Source of the DNA: Octopus sinensis
Taxonomy: Eukaryota
DNA length: 64,000 bases
NCBI RefSeq assembly: GCF_006345805.1
Contig: NC_043005.1
Span: 58,776,001 to 58,840,000, forward strand
Direction of reading: 5' to 3'
The position numbers were made by a program, and so were the translations under genes. Under the pieces are notes generated by a model. The model did not search any database, was not told the origin of the DNA, and worked only from the letters and a program-made list of their open reading frames with translations. Positions 26,317 to 38,746 of the stretch are shown here, one piece after another (within the stretch, counting starts at the first letter, position 1; the number at the start of each line of letters is the position of its first letter).

Positions 26317-26880
26317 TAAACAAAGTCAAATGCGATACAATAAAATTAATTATTATCGCCGGTGTTCTAGGACACGCCATATATTATTCATATATAAGTA
26401 CATTAAAAGGCGAAGTGTGTACTAGATACACAAAAGCTGGATAAATTTAATGAGATGAAAATTAAAAACTTTTACAAACTTAGTTCTTCTTAGACTGCAG
26501 TTTCGCCTATTTCAGCAATAAAAATAATATTTATTTACTCAGGTAGGCTCTTCAGTAAGATTCCTGTTATTATGGGAAGCGCAGATCAATAGAGGCACAT
26601 GCGTCTATTAAATTGCTCTTTCTAATCTATTCAAATCACTGCGCAGACTCAGAACGTACCCGACAAAATAGGGTTTTCTGGTATATCGTCTAACGCTCAA
26701 AAATTTATCGAGAAAATACGTAAACAAAGTCAAATGCGATACAATAAAATTAATTATTATCGCCGGTGTTCTAGGACACGCCATATATTATTCATATATA
26801 AGTACATTAAAAGGCGAAGTGTGTACTAGATACACAAAAGCTGGATAAATTTAATGAGATGAAAATTAAAAACTTTTACA
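26317..26880 (-). mobile_element. 404-bp unit in 1.4 tandem copies containing a hammerhead ribozyme (retrozyme or mini-Penelope-like)
   Basis: 160-bp identical direct repeats at 26317-26476 and 26721-26880 flank a complete hammerhead. No ORF; bounded by TA-rich sequence. Confidence 0.7.
26488..26560 (-). ncRNA. Type I minimal hammerhead ribozyme (GUC cleavage site)
   Basis: Minus strand: UCUUA-CUGAAGA-GCCUA(~34-nt loop)UAGGC-GAAAC-UGCA-GUC-UAAGA. Stem I 5 bp, stem II 5 bp, all core nucleotides canonical, palindromic stem III ACUGCAGU. Confidence 0.85.
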
Positions 26881-26888
26881 TGTATATA

Positions 26889-27300
26889 TCTCATCATCAT
26901 CATCATTTAACATCCGCTTTCCATGCTAGCATGGGTTGGACAATTTGACTGAGGGCTGGCAAACCAGATGGCTGCACCAGGCTCCAATCTTGATCTGGCA
27001 GAGTTTCTACAGCTGGATGCCCTTCCTAACGCCAACCACTCCAAGAGTGTAGTGAGTGCTTTTATGTGCCACCGGCACGGGGGCCAGTCAGGCAGTACTG
27101 GTAACGACCTCGCTCGAATGTTCTTACAATTGCCAGTAAGGTGACGCTGGTAACAATCACGCTCAAATGGTGCCTTTTACGTGTCACTGGCACTGAAGCC
27201 CGTTAGCCGCTCTGACAACGATCACACTCGGATGGTGCTCTTAGCACCCTACTAGCATGGGGCACATGTGCCAGTAAGGCGATGCTGGTAACGATCACAC
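26889..27300 (-). mobile_element. RTE-tail-related repeat (same family as 10863-11440)
   Basis: catcatcatttaacatccgctttccatgctagcatgggttgg..gagtttctacagctggatgcccttcctaacgcc, near-identical to the 10863 copy. Confidence 0.8.
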
Positions 27301-27720
27301 TTGAAATAAATATAATTAATGGTTTAGCAACAAGTTACCTCACCACATACCGAAAATTTAGAAATAGCAGTCAAAAATAGCTAATTCTTTTAACTATAAA
27401 TATAACTCCATAGACAGCAATACTCATAACTCGCATTGGCAAAAAGAAGAAAAAATAATGAAATCAAGCAGTCTACGATTAATGATGTACATGTTCCGGG
27501 ATTAGAATTATAAAATTCATTTCCTTCATCAGCATGATATTTCAAGATTATAAATTTGAAAATGCTAAAACCTACCCCATGCATCTTCGATCAAGCAACA
27601 TCGAAGCATAACATAAGGTAATCAGCATTTCTGAACTTATATAGACGAGTAATTCCATATCTTTCCCTCCAAGATTACCATGTGTGTCACAAGATAGTAC
27701 TGCAGAAAAAGACTGCAGTT

Positions 27721-27757
<37 letters not shown>

Positions 27758-27960
27758 ATGCAGCACGGATTTTTGTCAGTGAACAGGTCGCGGATTTTAG
27801 CGACGAAAATATTTTGACAAATTAAACTTAAATGTTGAAGTGAATTGAACGGCTTTTGTGTGTTTCTTAAATGGCTTACAAACACCTTCCCCGCTGCAAT
27901 TGTTTACGTTTCAGCACACGATCTCAGATCAAATCACTTGCTAATGCGAGTACATCTCCG

Positions 27961-27999
<39 letters not shown>

Positions 28000-28257
28000 T
28001 GAATAACTAAACTTGTGTATGTGTATATGCATCTGTGTATGCATATGTGTGTGTGTGTGTATGTATGTGAATGCATAAATAAATGATAGGTGTGTATATA
28101 TAAGAGTATGTATATATGTGTATATATAAACATCTGTATTGTGCAAATAAACTGGTTATAGAATGGAATAGTTATAGATTTAAAGTTATGAATTTACAAA
28201 ATTTCAGTTAGACTATTTACCTATTTATGATTAAGCTTCATTGATAAATAGCTATTT

Positions 28258-28485
28258 CTTTACTGCCCACAAGGGGCTAAACACAGAGAAGACAAACAAG
28301 AACAGACAAACGGATTAAGGGGATTATATTGATCCCAGTGGATAACTGGTACTTATTTAATCGACCCCAAAAGGATGAAAGGCAAAGTCGACCTTGGCGG
28401 AATTTGAACTCAGAACGTAGCGGCAGACGAAATACCGCAAAGCATTTCGTCCGGCATGCTAATGTTTCTGCCAGCTCACCACCAT
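28258..28485 (-). mobile_element. Family-A SINE
   Basis: tttctttactgcccacaaggggctaaacac..aggcaaagtcgacc..tttgaactcag..ctgccagctcacc. Confidence 0.9.
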
Positions 28486-28808
28486 TCATTCATAAATAGT
28501 GTCTTTGTAAATAGTTTAGAAATAATAAATATTTTCATTTGATATTTTTCGTCAAATAGTTAAGAAGTTATAGTGATCTGATGAAGCATCCTTGCATGTT
28601 TAAATGGATTTGATTATTCTTGAAAAACTTGGTTTTATTAACGAAGTGGAAACAGCTGTAATTTATGGGATGTGTCATTTGTTTGTATAAAATATCTTAA
28701 TTGAATTGAATTTATAATTGTTCAATTTATTGTTTTGTTTTTCCATTTCTGATTTATATTTATATATAAACATTTATTACATATATATGTGAGTGTAGTG
28801 TATATATA

Positions 28809-28858
<50 letters not shown>

Positions 28859-28929
28859 GATGACAATAATGATTGGTAAAGTCTTCTTCCAATGCAAAAA
28901 AAATCTATTGTTTAATACATATATATATG

Positions 28930-28991
<62 letters not shown>

Positions 28992-28992
28992 G

Positions 28993-29028
<36 letters not shown>

Positions 29029-29144
29029 AAATAGTAAAAAGTGAAAAAACTACAGAAGTCTTGTTTTAAAAGGTTAAAAAATATATTTGAGTCATTATGT
29101 CAGAAGAATGTTATAAAATCTTTTCATACAGTGACATAGGGAAG

Positions 29145-29310
29145 GTTTACGAAAATAAACAAAAGACGAAGGCAGGTGGAGTACAAACAAACAAATGTAT
29201 TAGTATGGCACTCAGGAATAGAAATAGAACAAGTCTTTTATGTTTCGAGCCTACACTCTTCGACAGAAAGATACACAGAAAAAAAAAGGAGAGAAAAAAA
29301 TGCGTGTATG
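29145..29310. mobile_element. Short Penelope-terminal-like repeat with hammerhead-like motif (29235-29270, -)
   Basis: Minus: CUUU-CUGUCGA-A-GAG-UGUAGG-CUC-GAAAC-AUA-AAAG. The left part recurs at 44728-44787. Confidence 0.45.
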
Positions 29311-29519
29311 AGCTAATGATCTAACATGTATATATATATATATATACATATATATACACATTGAGAGAGAGAGAGAGAGGGAGAGAGAGATTACAGTAAT
29401 AACGAAGGAAATCTTCTTCCAATGCAAAATAATTTATTATTAAATAATTGCTTATAATTTGGTTAAAAGACTCATCAACAGAAGAAAATAGCTGGTGACA
29501 AATCATTGGCTTATATCAT

Positions 29520-30300
29520 TTGTTGGTGTAATAACAAAATTAGCAACACTAGTGTTAGCAATCGTAGTGGTAGTAAACATAGCTGTAGTATATAATAGCT
29601 ATGTATATATTGTATGTACATGTATATACACACACACACACAATACTTGCTGCCTTGATCAAATTATTTGTTTCTGTGATGTTGTTTGTTCTGATGTATT
29701 TCAGAATTCCATTGACATTTTCGGTTTCTTGAATCAGTTTCCATCGATCAACCTTTCTAAGGTTGCAAATAATGTCGCTATCGTTCCCCTCTAGTCATTC
29801 CTTTATTCTGTTGTAGATTGCCTTTTTGTTCATCTGTCATGTCGCCATTAGTTTTATTGTCTTCTTTTAGATCATCTATATGTCTCTCATCAAGTAAACT
29901 AACACTGCTCCTTTCCTGTGCCTATGGGATTACTCTTATTAGTAAGAACTATACTTTCATTGTTATCTCTGCTGCTATTTTCCAAGACCCGTCTTTTGAT
30001 AGCTTCGAGTTCTACTTCTGTGAACCAACGATTTTTTCTTGTCACTCTAGCTTGATCACACAGTCTCTGTTCTGTGAGTTGAAACAATCCCTCTTCCCTC
30101 CAGTGATCATACATACGATGTTGCTAACCCCTAATTTGAGCAACATTTTCATCTACCGGGTTTCTCAGGTAGTAACACTCCATGACCACAGCATTAATTT
30201 ACTTGCTCCATCTACGCCATGTGTGGGTGGTCCCTTTCTGGATATTGACAGGCTGGAGCTGGACCAGAATCTCTGAGCCTGCCGGGTGCAACACTGTCAC
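29520..30300 (-). mobile_element. R4/Dong-like LINE, N-terminal ORF fragment
   Basis: Minus translation INAVVMECYYLRNP..MYDHWREEGLFQLTEQRLCDQARVTRKNRWFTEVELEAIKRR and VNGILKYIRTNNITETNNLIKAAS, the N-terminal region typical of this clade. Confidence 0.8.
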
Positions 30301-31147
30301 TATCAATGGCTTCAGTTTCATTGCCACTGTTATTCACAATATTTCGTTTTTTCATTGTCACTCATATGAGGTAGTGATTATCAGGTTGCACAATTACCAG
30401 TGTCTTTATTGTGACACCATCACTAGATGTATCATTAATCAGGACATGGGGAGGCTCTACCTGCTTCCTTTCATTCTTCTTCTTATTATTATTATCATCA
30501 CTGATATTGTTTTTATTTTTTTTACTATTTGTCATTGTTATATTAACAGACTCAGGTATGCTTATGAACCAATGCATGCAAAAAAACATCATATATTGAT
30601 GCACAATCAACACGCCACAACATAAATATGCATACAAAGGAGCTTTGAAAACCCATTCAAATAATTCAAACCTAGACTACAATGCACCACCTGGTCTAGG
30701 AATTGATATCACGATCTAGTGATCGGGTGTGCAATGCCCTAACTACTGGGTCTTGCATACGCACGCACATGCACACACACGCACGCACGCACACGCACGC
30801 ACACACACACACACAATCTTTAGAGGTAAATGGTAAATTTCAGACAAATTGGATTTTAAAAGAATGGGATTCTCTACACCAAAATTCGTTAATTTGGCAA
30901 ATTCTTTGATTCTGCACACAAAGGGTTTGATTAGATAGGCATTTCTTCCTTGTAATGTTTTATCTTAATAATCTTGAATTAGAAAAAGAAAAATCTACAC
31001 AAGTTACATATGTGTGTTTGTGTGTGTATTTGTGTATGTGTAAGTATCACATCACCTTTTTTTTTACTCATTATCTTTATCTAGACACATACCCACCCCC
31101 AGCACGCATACACTCACACACAGACACATACACATAAACACACACAA

Positions 31148-31183
<36 letters not shown>

Positions 31184-31184
<1 letters not shown>

Positions 31185-31403
31185 AGTTCAGTCCTTCGGT
31201 CTGGTTCAGTTTGGTCTCAAATCTGCTGAAAATTTAGAGGTGTAGGGTGTAGTTCTTTATGTGGGGCAGAGGTGGGGAAGGAGAGAGCAGAGTAAGAGTG
31301 TGTGTGTGTGTGTGGGAGAGCGTCTACCTGTGAGCATGTATGTGTGACAGTGAATGCATGTGTGTGCACCGGCAAATGTGTGGTCTAGTATGCATTTTCA
31401 CAT
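31184..31403 (+). repeat. Dispersed ~220-bp repeat, copy 1 (copy 2 at 38092-38322)
   Basis: cagtttggtctcaaatctgctgaaaatttagagg..ggtctagtatgcattttca occurs in both, same orientation, with scattered substitutions. Confidence 0.85.
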
Positions 31404-31417
31404 ATATATATATACAT

Positions 31418-31485
<68 letters not shown>

Positions 31486-32121
31486 TGACAGATAGACAGA
31501 TAGATAGATATCTTCTAGCTTTTACTTATTTCAATCCTTTCAAGCCATGTTGAGGGAACTGTCTTTAAAGGGATTTGGTCAAGTTAATTGACCCCAAAAC
31601 TTCTTTTTTGTGCATAAATGTTGTGTTGAAAACATGTTTTAACACAAACACATGCACATGCACACACACACACAAATGCATGTGTACACACATACACACA
31701 CACATATGCACACCTGTATGTACATCTATTTCAAATAATGGTCTTCATAATTGGTTTTAAAAAGTTGGATATCTGTACATATCTAGGCCGTGTTTTTTAA
31801 TTTTTTTTTTGTGAAAGACTTGTGGTTTCTCATGCATATATTAAAACTAACTTTTATAAATATTCAGTTCATGTTTATAAGCTTTATATAACGTAACCAA
31901 ATTTTTGAAATATATAACTTAATCTATAGAGTAATCTTTGGAAATGTTTAAATTTCAAGTCTTTTAAATATGTATTGCACCTCATACATCTAAAATGTTT
32001 AATCTAACCTTACCTATTTCTCACTGGTTGTTTGATCTAGCTTGATGATATCTGGAGACATAATTTAAAATGAACAGAAGATTTCACAGATAATGTCAAC
32101 CGTTCGACTTTTTCAGTTATA

Positions 32122-32725
32122 TAAGGGTGGCTTGAAAAGTTCGTGGGTTGGCTATGAAAGAGTGATGTTAGAGCTGTGAAATTTTACATGCATTAAATTC
32201 AACTCTCATTATCTATAGCTGTATTGTTTTGTTCCAGATAAATTGACATCTTACTGTTCAAAGAAGACTTCAAAAGTAGCTAGTTGTGGCTTCTCTTGAA
32301 AACTGACAAAATTTGGCATTGTGATGTTATTAATTACAGGCAGAAAAGAGGTTCAACCCCAGAGACATGCATGCTGGCATGATTGCTGCATTTGGGGATG
32401 ACACTCCAGTGCAAAGGTGGACTGCTGAACTTAAGAGGGGAAGGGTCTTGAAGATGAGCCAAGGTCTGGACATTCTGTAACTGCCACCACCGAGGAAAAC
32501 ATTGGTTGTGTTCACCACATAATGATGGGTTATAGGCAATTGACTATAAACCAAATAGCCAATGCTGTCCTGTAAGAGAATATTCTGCACAATGAACTTG
32601 GCATGATGAAAGTTACTGCTTAGTGGGTGCCATTTCTTCTGACACCTGATCAAAAGCACACCAGGCTGATCACATCATGAAAAAATTTGATATTGTTTCA
32701 AGCAGATGCTTTAGGTCTTGCTAGG
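32122..32725 (+). mobile_element. Decayed mariner, 5' half (TIR plus transposase N-terminus)
   Basis: TIR-like taagggtggcttgaaaagttc; translation VQRWTAELKRG..EDEPRSG..TTEENI..LTINQIA..LHNELGMMKV..WVPFLLTPDQK (WVPxxL motif). Confidence 0.9.
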
Positions 32726-33280
32726 TTAACTCTAAGACCCTTCGATTTTAGACCTTGCTTCCACACCTGAAACTTCTCTATTTCTGGTAGTGACTCAGCT
32801 GAATACATTTATATATATATATATTTGTACATATATCTATATATACCAAATGAAAAGAAGAAGACAAGGAATATTGTTTAACACAGCTTTAATAATTTGT
32901 TACAATTGTTAGTGTATCAACGCTGTTTGCAACGCCAAAGAAATAATGCACAATGTGACGACTGCACACCTTTGATTCAAGTCTGATGAAGTGCTCTTTA
33001 ATGTCTAAAACCACAAACATTATGAAAATTTTCATTTGAAATTTTGCATAAACTGGCATTGCTTCCTTCCCTCCTCACTTTGATTATTTACTCTTTATCA
33101 AACCCACTTTACGGTGTAATCATCTTGAAACTTGGATTTTCTACACTTGAGGAATTCCAGCTTTGGTCTGAAACCCAACAGTGTTGATAGCCCAGTATTT
33201 GGGTCAAGTACTTCTCTGGAAATACCCTAACTTTACATGCTACCTGGCCTTCTATCTACTTATCTGTCTATCTATCTATA

Positions 33281-33423
<143 letters not shown>

Positions 33424-34762
33424 ACACATGCATGCATAACGTACACACACACATATATATATACATTCACACACATACACACATGCACACACACACTCTC
33501 TCTCTCTCACTCTCACACTCACACTCACACACACTCACACACGCACACAAATTTGTCCATTTGCCTGCTCACTCACTCACAACAATTTTCACAATATTCA
33601 TATGCCATATTTATTCACAACACATTGACTGAATGAGAGGGCTGTGGGAAGCAACTGGCTTTAGGTACTGCAAAGTAAGACTGAACCAAGAACCATGTAG
33701 TTTCAAAAGGCAAACTTCTTAAACCACACAGCCCATACTTGTGTACTCATATCACTACATTTATGCATGTACCGTATACTTGTATCATGCATGCATATGC
33801 ACATCCATCACACACACACAGATGCACACGCATAAACACACATGCATACATACACATACATAGCATATCTATAAGCAGTATATGATTTATATCATTTTTA
33901 ATGATTGTACATCAAGTGCATTTTATAAGGTATTTCGTTATGGTTATTTGTAAAATTTTAATGATCCCATGTTGTCGGTTTAAATAAATTAAGTATGTGT
34001 TTAACTATGTTTACAGCCTGTTTATTTTTCCAACAAGCTTCAAGTTTCTTTATTTATTTTGAACATTTTGAACATTTTCAAACTTTGAGTTTTCTAATAG
34101 ATTTCATACTATCTCCATGGCGTGATCACCTGGGGATTAAAAATTCCATTGTTGATAGTAAACAGCTTCCCTTTACACATGTCGATATCTTGATAGCTAT
34201 TCTTAATAATGAAATGAAATGTGGCATGGTGTAATTAATAACGGTAAAGGAGAATAATTCTGTACTTAAATGCACTCACGAGAGTTGCATTATAAATATA
34301 ATCCCATTTTTAGATATAAATCATTAGAAAATAATGATGGAAAATCAACATGATCCATATTGCCAAAAGTACAATGATGAATATGTATTTTGTTGAAGCA
34401 AGTGCTCTGATATAGCTAATTCAGAATGAAGAGAATTTAGATCTGGCAATAAATACTGCAACTGGAAAAATTTATCTGACAAATATTCAACAATACATAA
34501 AGGAACTTGTATGTGTGTGTGTGTGTGTGTTTGTCTGCATGTATGTGCACATGTGTGTATCTATATCTCTCTATATATCTGTCTGTCTATCTATCTATCT
34601 ACATATATAGATATGTGTGTGGGTGTATATATATATATATAGATATGCCTATATCTGCATACACATGCACACACACACACACACACACACATTTGTATGA
34701 TAATACTGAACAGTAAAAATGAGTGCTCAATACTGTGTTGGTGGATGAATATTTTTTGTTGT

Positions 34763-34802
<40 letters not shown>

Positions 34803-34985
34803 CATTTTGATTTCCTTCTTCGGCGCTGGCACCCAGTCATTACTTAGTACTTATATATATATATTATATATATATATATCTTAGATACCCTAACATAATT
34901 TTAATAATTATTACCTTTGAAGGCTATTTTTTGCACGCTGGCCACTTGATAAGATCGTTATTTTATCTTAAATTAACGATCTTAT

Positions 34986-35020
<35 letters not shown>

Positions 35021-35039
35021 CAGACAGATAGATAGATAT

Positions 35040-37016
35040 GTTTCTTTATTAGCCACACAGGGCTGCACACAGATAGAACAATTACAAGGTAGAGCTTTTC
35101 TTTGAAGGTTTAAAAAAAATAAAAAATAAAAAATAAAAAATAAAAAATAAAAAAATAAAAAATAAAATAAAATAAAAAAGGGGGGGTCGATCAAAAGGGA
35201 TCGTAAAAGGAGAGAAAGAGGACAAAAAAAAAAGGGGGGGTTAAAAAAAAGGGGGAGAGGAAAAAAATTGATCAATAGGGATCGTTATCACAGAAATGTC
35301 AATATGAAGTGTAAAGGGGGGGGACAGGTGAGGTTTACCCGTGGAAAGAAAAGCCAACGGAAAAGACCACGGTAACCTCGGTCAATGAAGTCACATGTTA
35401 TATTTCTTTTTTTTTTTTTTTTTTTGCAAATGAGCAACTCTCTGTATTAATTTTTACGGTTCATAGAATCATAGTCAAGGTGGCTTCGTCATTCATACGT
35501 GCCATTCTTGCTACATTCACCCATCTTTTTTAAAACATTCACTAGACAAAACTTGCCTCTCTACTCTCACTTTTTTCTTCAAGTGATACTTGAAGAAGTT
35601 GATGAGAGATTGACCAGAGAGGAAAGTGTTTGTCTCTAATCCTTTCAGACGCGTCCACCAGATACATTCTTTCGCCATAGCCACAAGTATGATAAAAATA
35701 GCTCTTCCTTCCCGTTTGAAGGAAGGAGGCGTGACGATATTAACGATAGACTCGGCTGATAAACCGACACGTCCCACACGTGACAGCAGTCGTTCGACAT
35801 AAGCCCACAGGTGGGAAATTGCTGGACACTGCACGATTGCGTGCAGAGCGGTTTCGTCGCTCTGCCCGCATCTCGGGCAGGTCGGCCCCGTGTTTCTCGA
35901 GCCATGCCTATAGAGCTTATCCCGAACGGGTAGCGCTTCTCGGTAGCACCGCCAGGCCAGGGATCTCTGGAAGTTGTCCATAGGTCCCGGGCCGAAAGTC
36001 GTTTGAAACAGGCGGGTCAGGTATTCCTCGTCGACGCCCAGGTTTGCCCCGAGCTCGTCGTCGTACCTCCCCTCCACTAATCCCCTATAGAATGCTTTGG
36101 TTGTGTTGAAGTCACTCAAGGTCGACCCGGGACGGCAGAGTTGCTTGAGAGCAACGCGACACTCGCGGTGCCATTCGCCCTTCTTCGGCCTCTTTTTGAT
36201 CCACGACTGTAGTTCGGTCATGGAGACGAGTTGCGGGAATGCGTGCCTCACAAACGGCGACCACACCTTTTCACCGTCGTCTACATAGAGCCGGAGATGT
36301 CGCAGTCTCAGCGCGTGTCTGCGCATCATCAACCACGGCATGCCCAGCCCTCCTTTTAACGGGTGTTGACAGCAAATGGATCGCCTGACCATCGGGACGC
36401 ATCCTTTCCACAAGAAGCGGAAGAGGATGCGTTCTAGTTTGGTGATGGTAGGGTCGGGACAAGGTACGACGGTCAGGCGGTAGTAGATGATGGACGCGAT
36501 GTACGCGTTCACCACCTCCGCCCGACCTTTTAGGGACAGTTTCCTCTCGGCCCATTGCTGGGCGAGAGTGACCACCCTACTCGTTATCTCGTTCCAGTTC
36601 TTCTCCATTTGGAGGTCCGGACCGAACCAGACCCCGAGCAACTCAACCGGGCCGTCTGTCCAGCGTCCCACGACGGAGGTACTGGTGGACGGCATGGGTT
36701 TGCTTCTCCAGGTGCCGAGCCGCAAGCCCACTGACTTTTCCCGGTTGATTTTTGCTCCTGTCACCGCTTCGTAGTCTTTCAGTGTCTCGCCGACCCGCTC
36801 GATGTGCTCGTGGCTTGACACTATGACGGTGACGTCGTCCGCGTATGCAGACACGCTCGTCCCGCATCCTAATTCTCGCAGGATGCCCCTCAGAGTCGCC
36901 AGCTTCCGCAGTAGTGGCTCAAGAGTCAATACGTATAGAAGCGCCGAGAGGGGGCATCCCTGACGGACCGAACGTGCAATGTCGAAGGGTCTCGATAGAT
37001 GTCCATTTACGCGAAT
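35040..37016 (-). mobile_element. Young 5'-truncated Tx1/L1-clade LINE inserted in a (GATA)n tract
   Basis: Open GC-rich ORF2 fragment, ~480-bp 3' UTR, AATAAA at 35045-35050 (minus strand), (GATA)n on both sides. Confidence 0.92.
35517..37016 (-). CDS. ORF2 fragment: RT C-terminal half plus zinc-binding region (5'-truncated, no start codon)
   Basis: The frame is open upstream of the track ORF: IRVNGHLSRPFDIARSVRQGCPLSALLYVLTLEPL; then YADD, KINREKS, LSLKGRA, KGGLG, and TCPRCGQSDETALHAIVQCP. These are Tx1/L1 signatures. Confidence 0.92.
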   Translation of the reverse strand: MRVNGHLSRPFDIARSVRQGCPLSALLYVLTLEPLLRKLATLRGILRELGCGTSVSAYADDVTVIVSSHEHIERVGETLKDYEAVTGAKINREKSVGLRLGTWRSKPMPSTSTSVVGRWTDGPVELLGVWFGPDLQMEKNWNEITSRVVTLAQQWAERKLSLKGRAEVVNAYIASIIYYRLTVVPCPDPTITKLERILFRFLWKGCVPMVRRSICCQHPLKGGLGMPWLMMRRHALRLRHLRLYVDDGEKVWSPFVRHAFPQLVSMTELQSWIKKRPKKGEWHRECRVALKQLCRPGSTLSDFNTTKAFYRGLVEGRYDDELGANLGVDEEYLTRLFQTTFGPGPMDNFQRSLAWRCYREALPVRDKLYRHGSRNTGPTCPRCGQSDETALHAIVQCPAISHLWAYVERLLSRVGRVGLSAESIVNIVTPPSFKREGRAIFIILVAMAKECIWWTRLKGLETNTFLSGQSLINFFKYHLKKKVRVERQVLSSECFKKDG

Positions 37017-37172
37017 AGATAGATAGATAGGTAGATAGATAGATAGATAGATAGATAGAGTGATAGATAGATAGATTGATTGATAGATAGATAGATAGAT
37101 AGATTCAGATGAATTAGGTACTTAAGCTGAGGCACCAGAATTTAGTGTGGTATTCAAAATAAGGTGATTAAA

Positions 37173-37475
37173 ATCAAAATAAGCAACAGGATATCCAGAG
37201 CTGATGCAGTACGATCATTTGAAGTGACTCCATTTAATTGAAAAATGCAACCATTACATCAATTTAAATGCAGAGCAATCCTCAGCTGGATAATTACATA
37301 AAATTAAATCAAATTAAAACAGTTGGACACATTAGTATAATTTTACCTAAAACCTCCAAGAAGATGACAAAAAACACAGTCTTTATATCAGCTTAGAAGC
37401 TGCATTATTCAATTAAATAGAGTCGCTTGAAACGATCATACAGCATTACCTCTGGATATTCTGTTGCTTATCTTG

Positions 37476-37476
<1 letters not shown>
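37173..37476. mobile_element. MITE with ~75-bp imperfect TIRs
   Basis: atcaaaataagcaacaggatatccagag..gtgactccatttaattgaa versus ttcaattaaatagagtcgc..ctctggatattctgttgcttatcttgat. Confidence 0.75.
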
Positions 37477-37510
<34 letters not shown>

Positions 37511-38091
37511 CTACACACACACACATGCGCATACTCATGCAAACATGTACAAACATAAAGACACACACACGCAATTCATTTTTGTATTTGGTTTGTGAGA
37601 TTCTTCATGTGAATTCATGTGTTGAAACTAATTTTGTTATGCCTTAAGAGAGTCATTATGCCATTAATAATAAACACGCAGGTTCCATTCCACTTCTTTA
37701 TTGTTAGTCAATTGGTTAAATATCCAACTAATTGATCATTTGTTTAATGTGCTGGTTAAACAATCAATTGGCTGCTCGTTAGTCAAAGTTCTTTCACTGT
37801 TGTTTGTGACCTTTTCAGTAATTTTTGTGACTTTGCTTCTTCTGTCTCTAAGGTCTGCTCTGTGTTTGACCGAGAATTAGTCTTGTGGATGTATGTTTGT
37901 ATGTATGTATGTAGATGTGTGTTTACCTAGAAAAGGAGGTAAGGATGAGAGTAAAGAAAGTGAGTGCGTGTGTGTGTGAGTGCATGTGCACGGGCATGTA
38001 TATGTGTGTGTCTATATACCCACATCATACTGCTTGTATGTGTGTTTATGTATTTGTGGGTGTGTGTGCACTAGCCATCCGTGACCTTTTT

Positions 38092-38322
38092 AAGGGTTCA
38101 GTCTTTCAGTCTAGGTCAGTTTGGTTTCAAATCTGCTGAAAATTTAGAGGCATAGGGTGTAGTTCTTTATGTGGGGCAGGGGTGGAGGAGGAGAGAGCAG
38201 AGTAATAGTGTGTGTGTGCGTGCGTGTGTGTGGGAGAGCATCTGCCTGTGAGCATGTATGTGTGACAGTGAGTGGATGTATGTGCACAGGCAAATGTTTG
38301 GTCTAGTATGCATTTTCATATG
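38092..38322 (+). repeat. Dispersed ~220-bp repeat, copy 2
   Basis: See 31184-31403. Confidence 0.85.
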
Positions 38323-38746
38323 GTTGAGTCAGTCCTATGAGTCAGTGTGTTTGTTTTTTTACCTCTGTGTGTATATGTGTGTGAATGTGTGAGTGTATTC
38401 CAGAATGTGTGCGTGTGCGCATTTGTGTGTGTGTGTCATGATGGGTGTTTTAGAATAGGGAACCAACTGCGTGTATGCTTGCATGTCTGCATTCTTGGGA
38501 GTGTGTTCCACCATATATGTATGTGTGCCTGTGTATGTATGTGTGTGAGTGTGTCAGTGCATGTCTGTGTGTGTGTATATGCATGTTGTGTGTATGTGGA
38601 TGCATGTGCAGTTGCGTGTTCTTGTGTCCTGTGTGTGTATGTGTGCGCACACATGTGTGTTCATCTGTGTGCACGCATGGATATGTATGGTTGTGTATAG
38701 GAATTGTTCAAAGTTAAATGTATTCATTTATATGGATTCCCTAATA

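Noticed and set aside
35645-36867. Overlapping short ORFs on both strands
   Set aside because: They are shadow frames of the GC-rich Tx1 ORF2.
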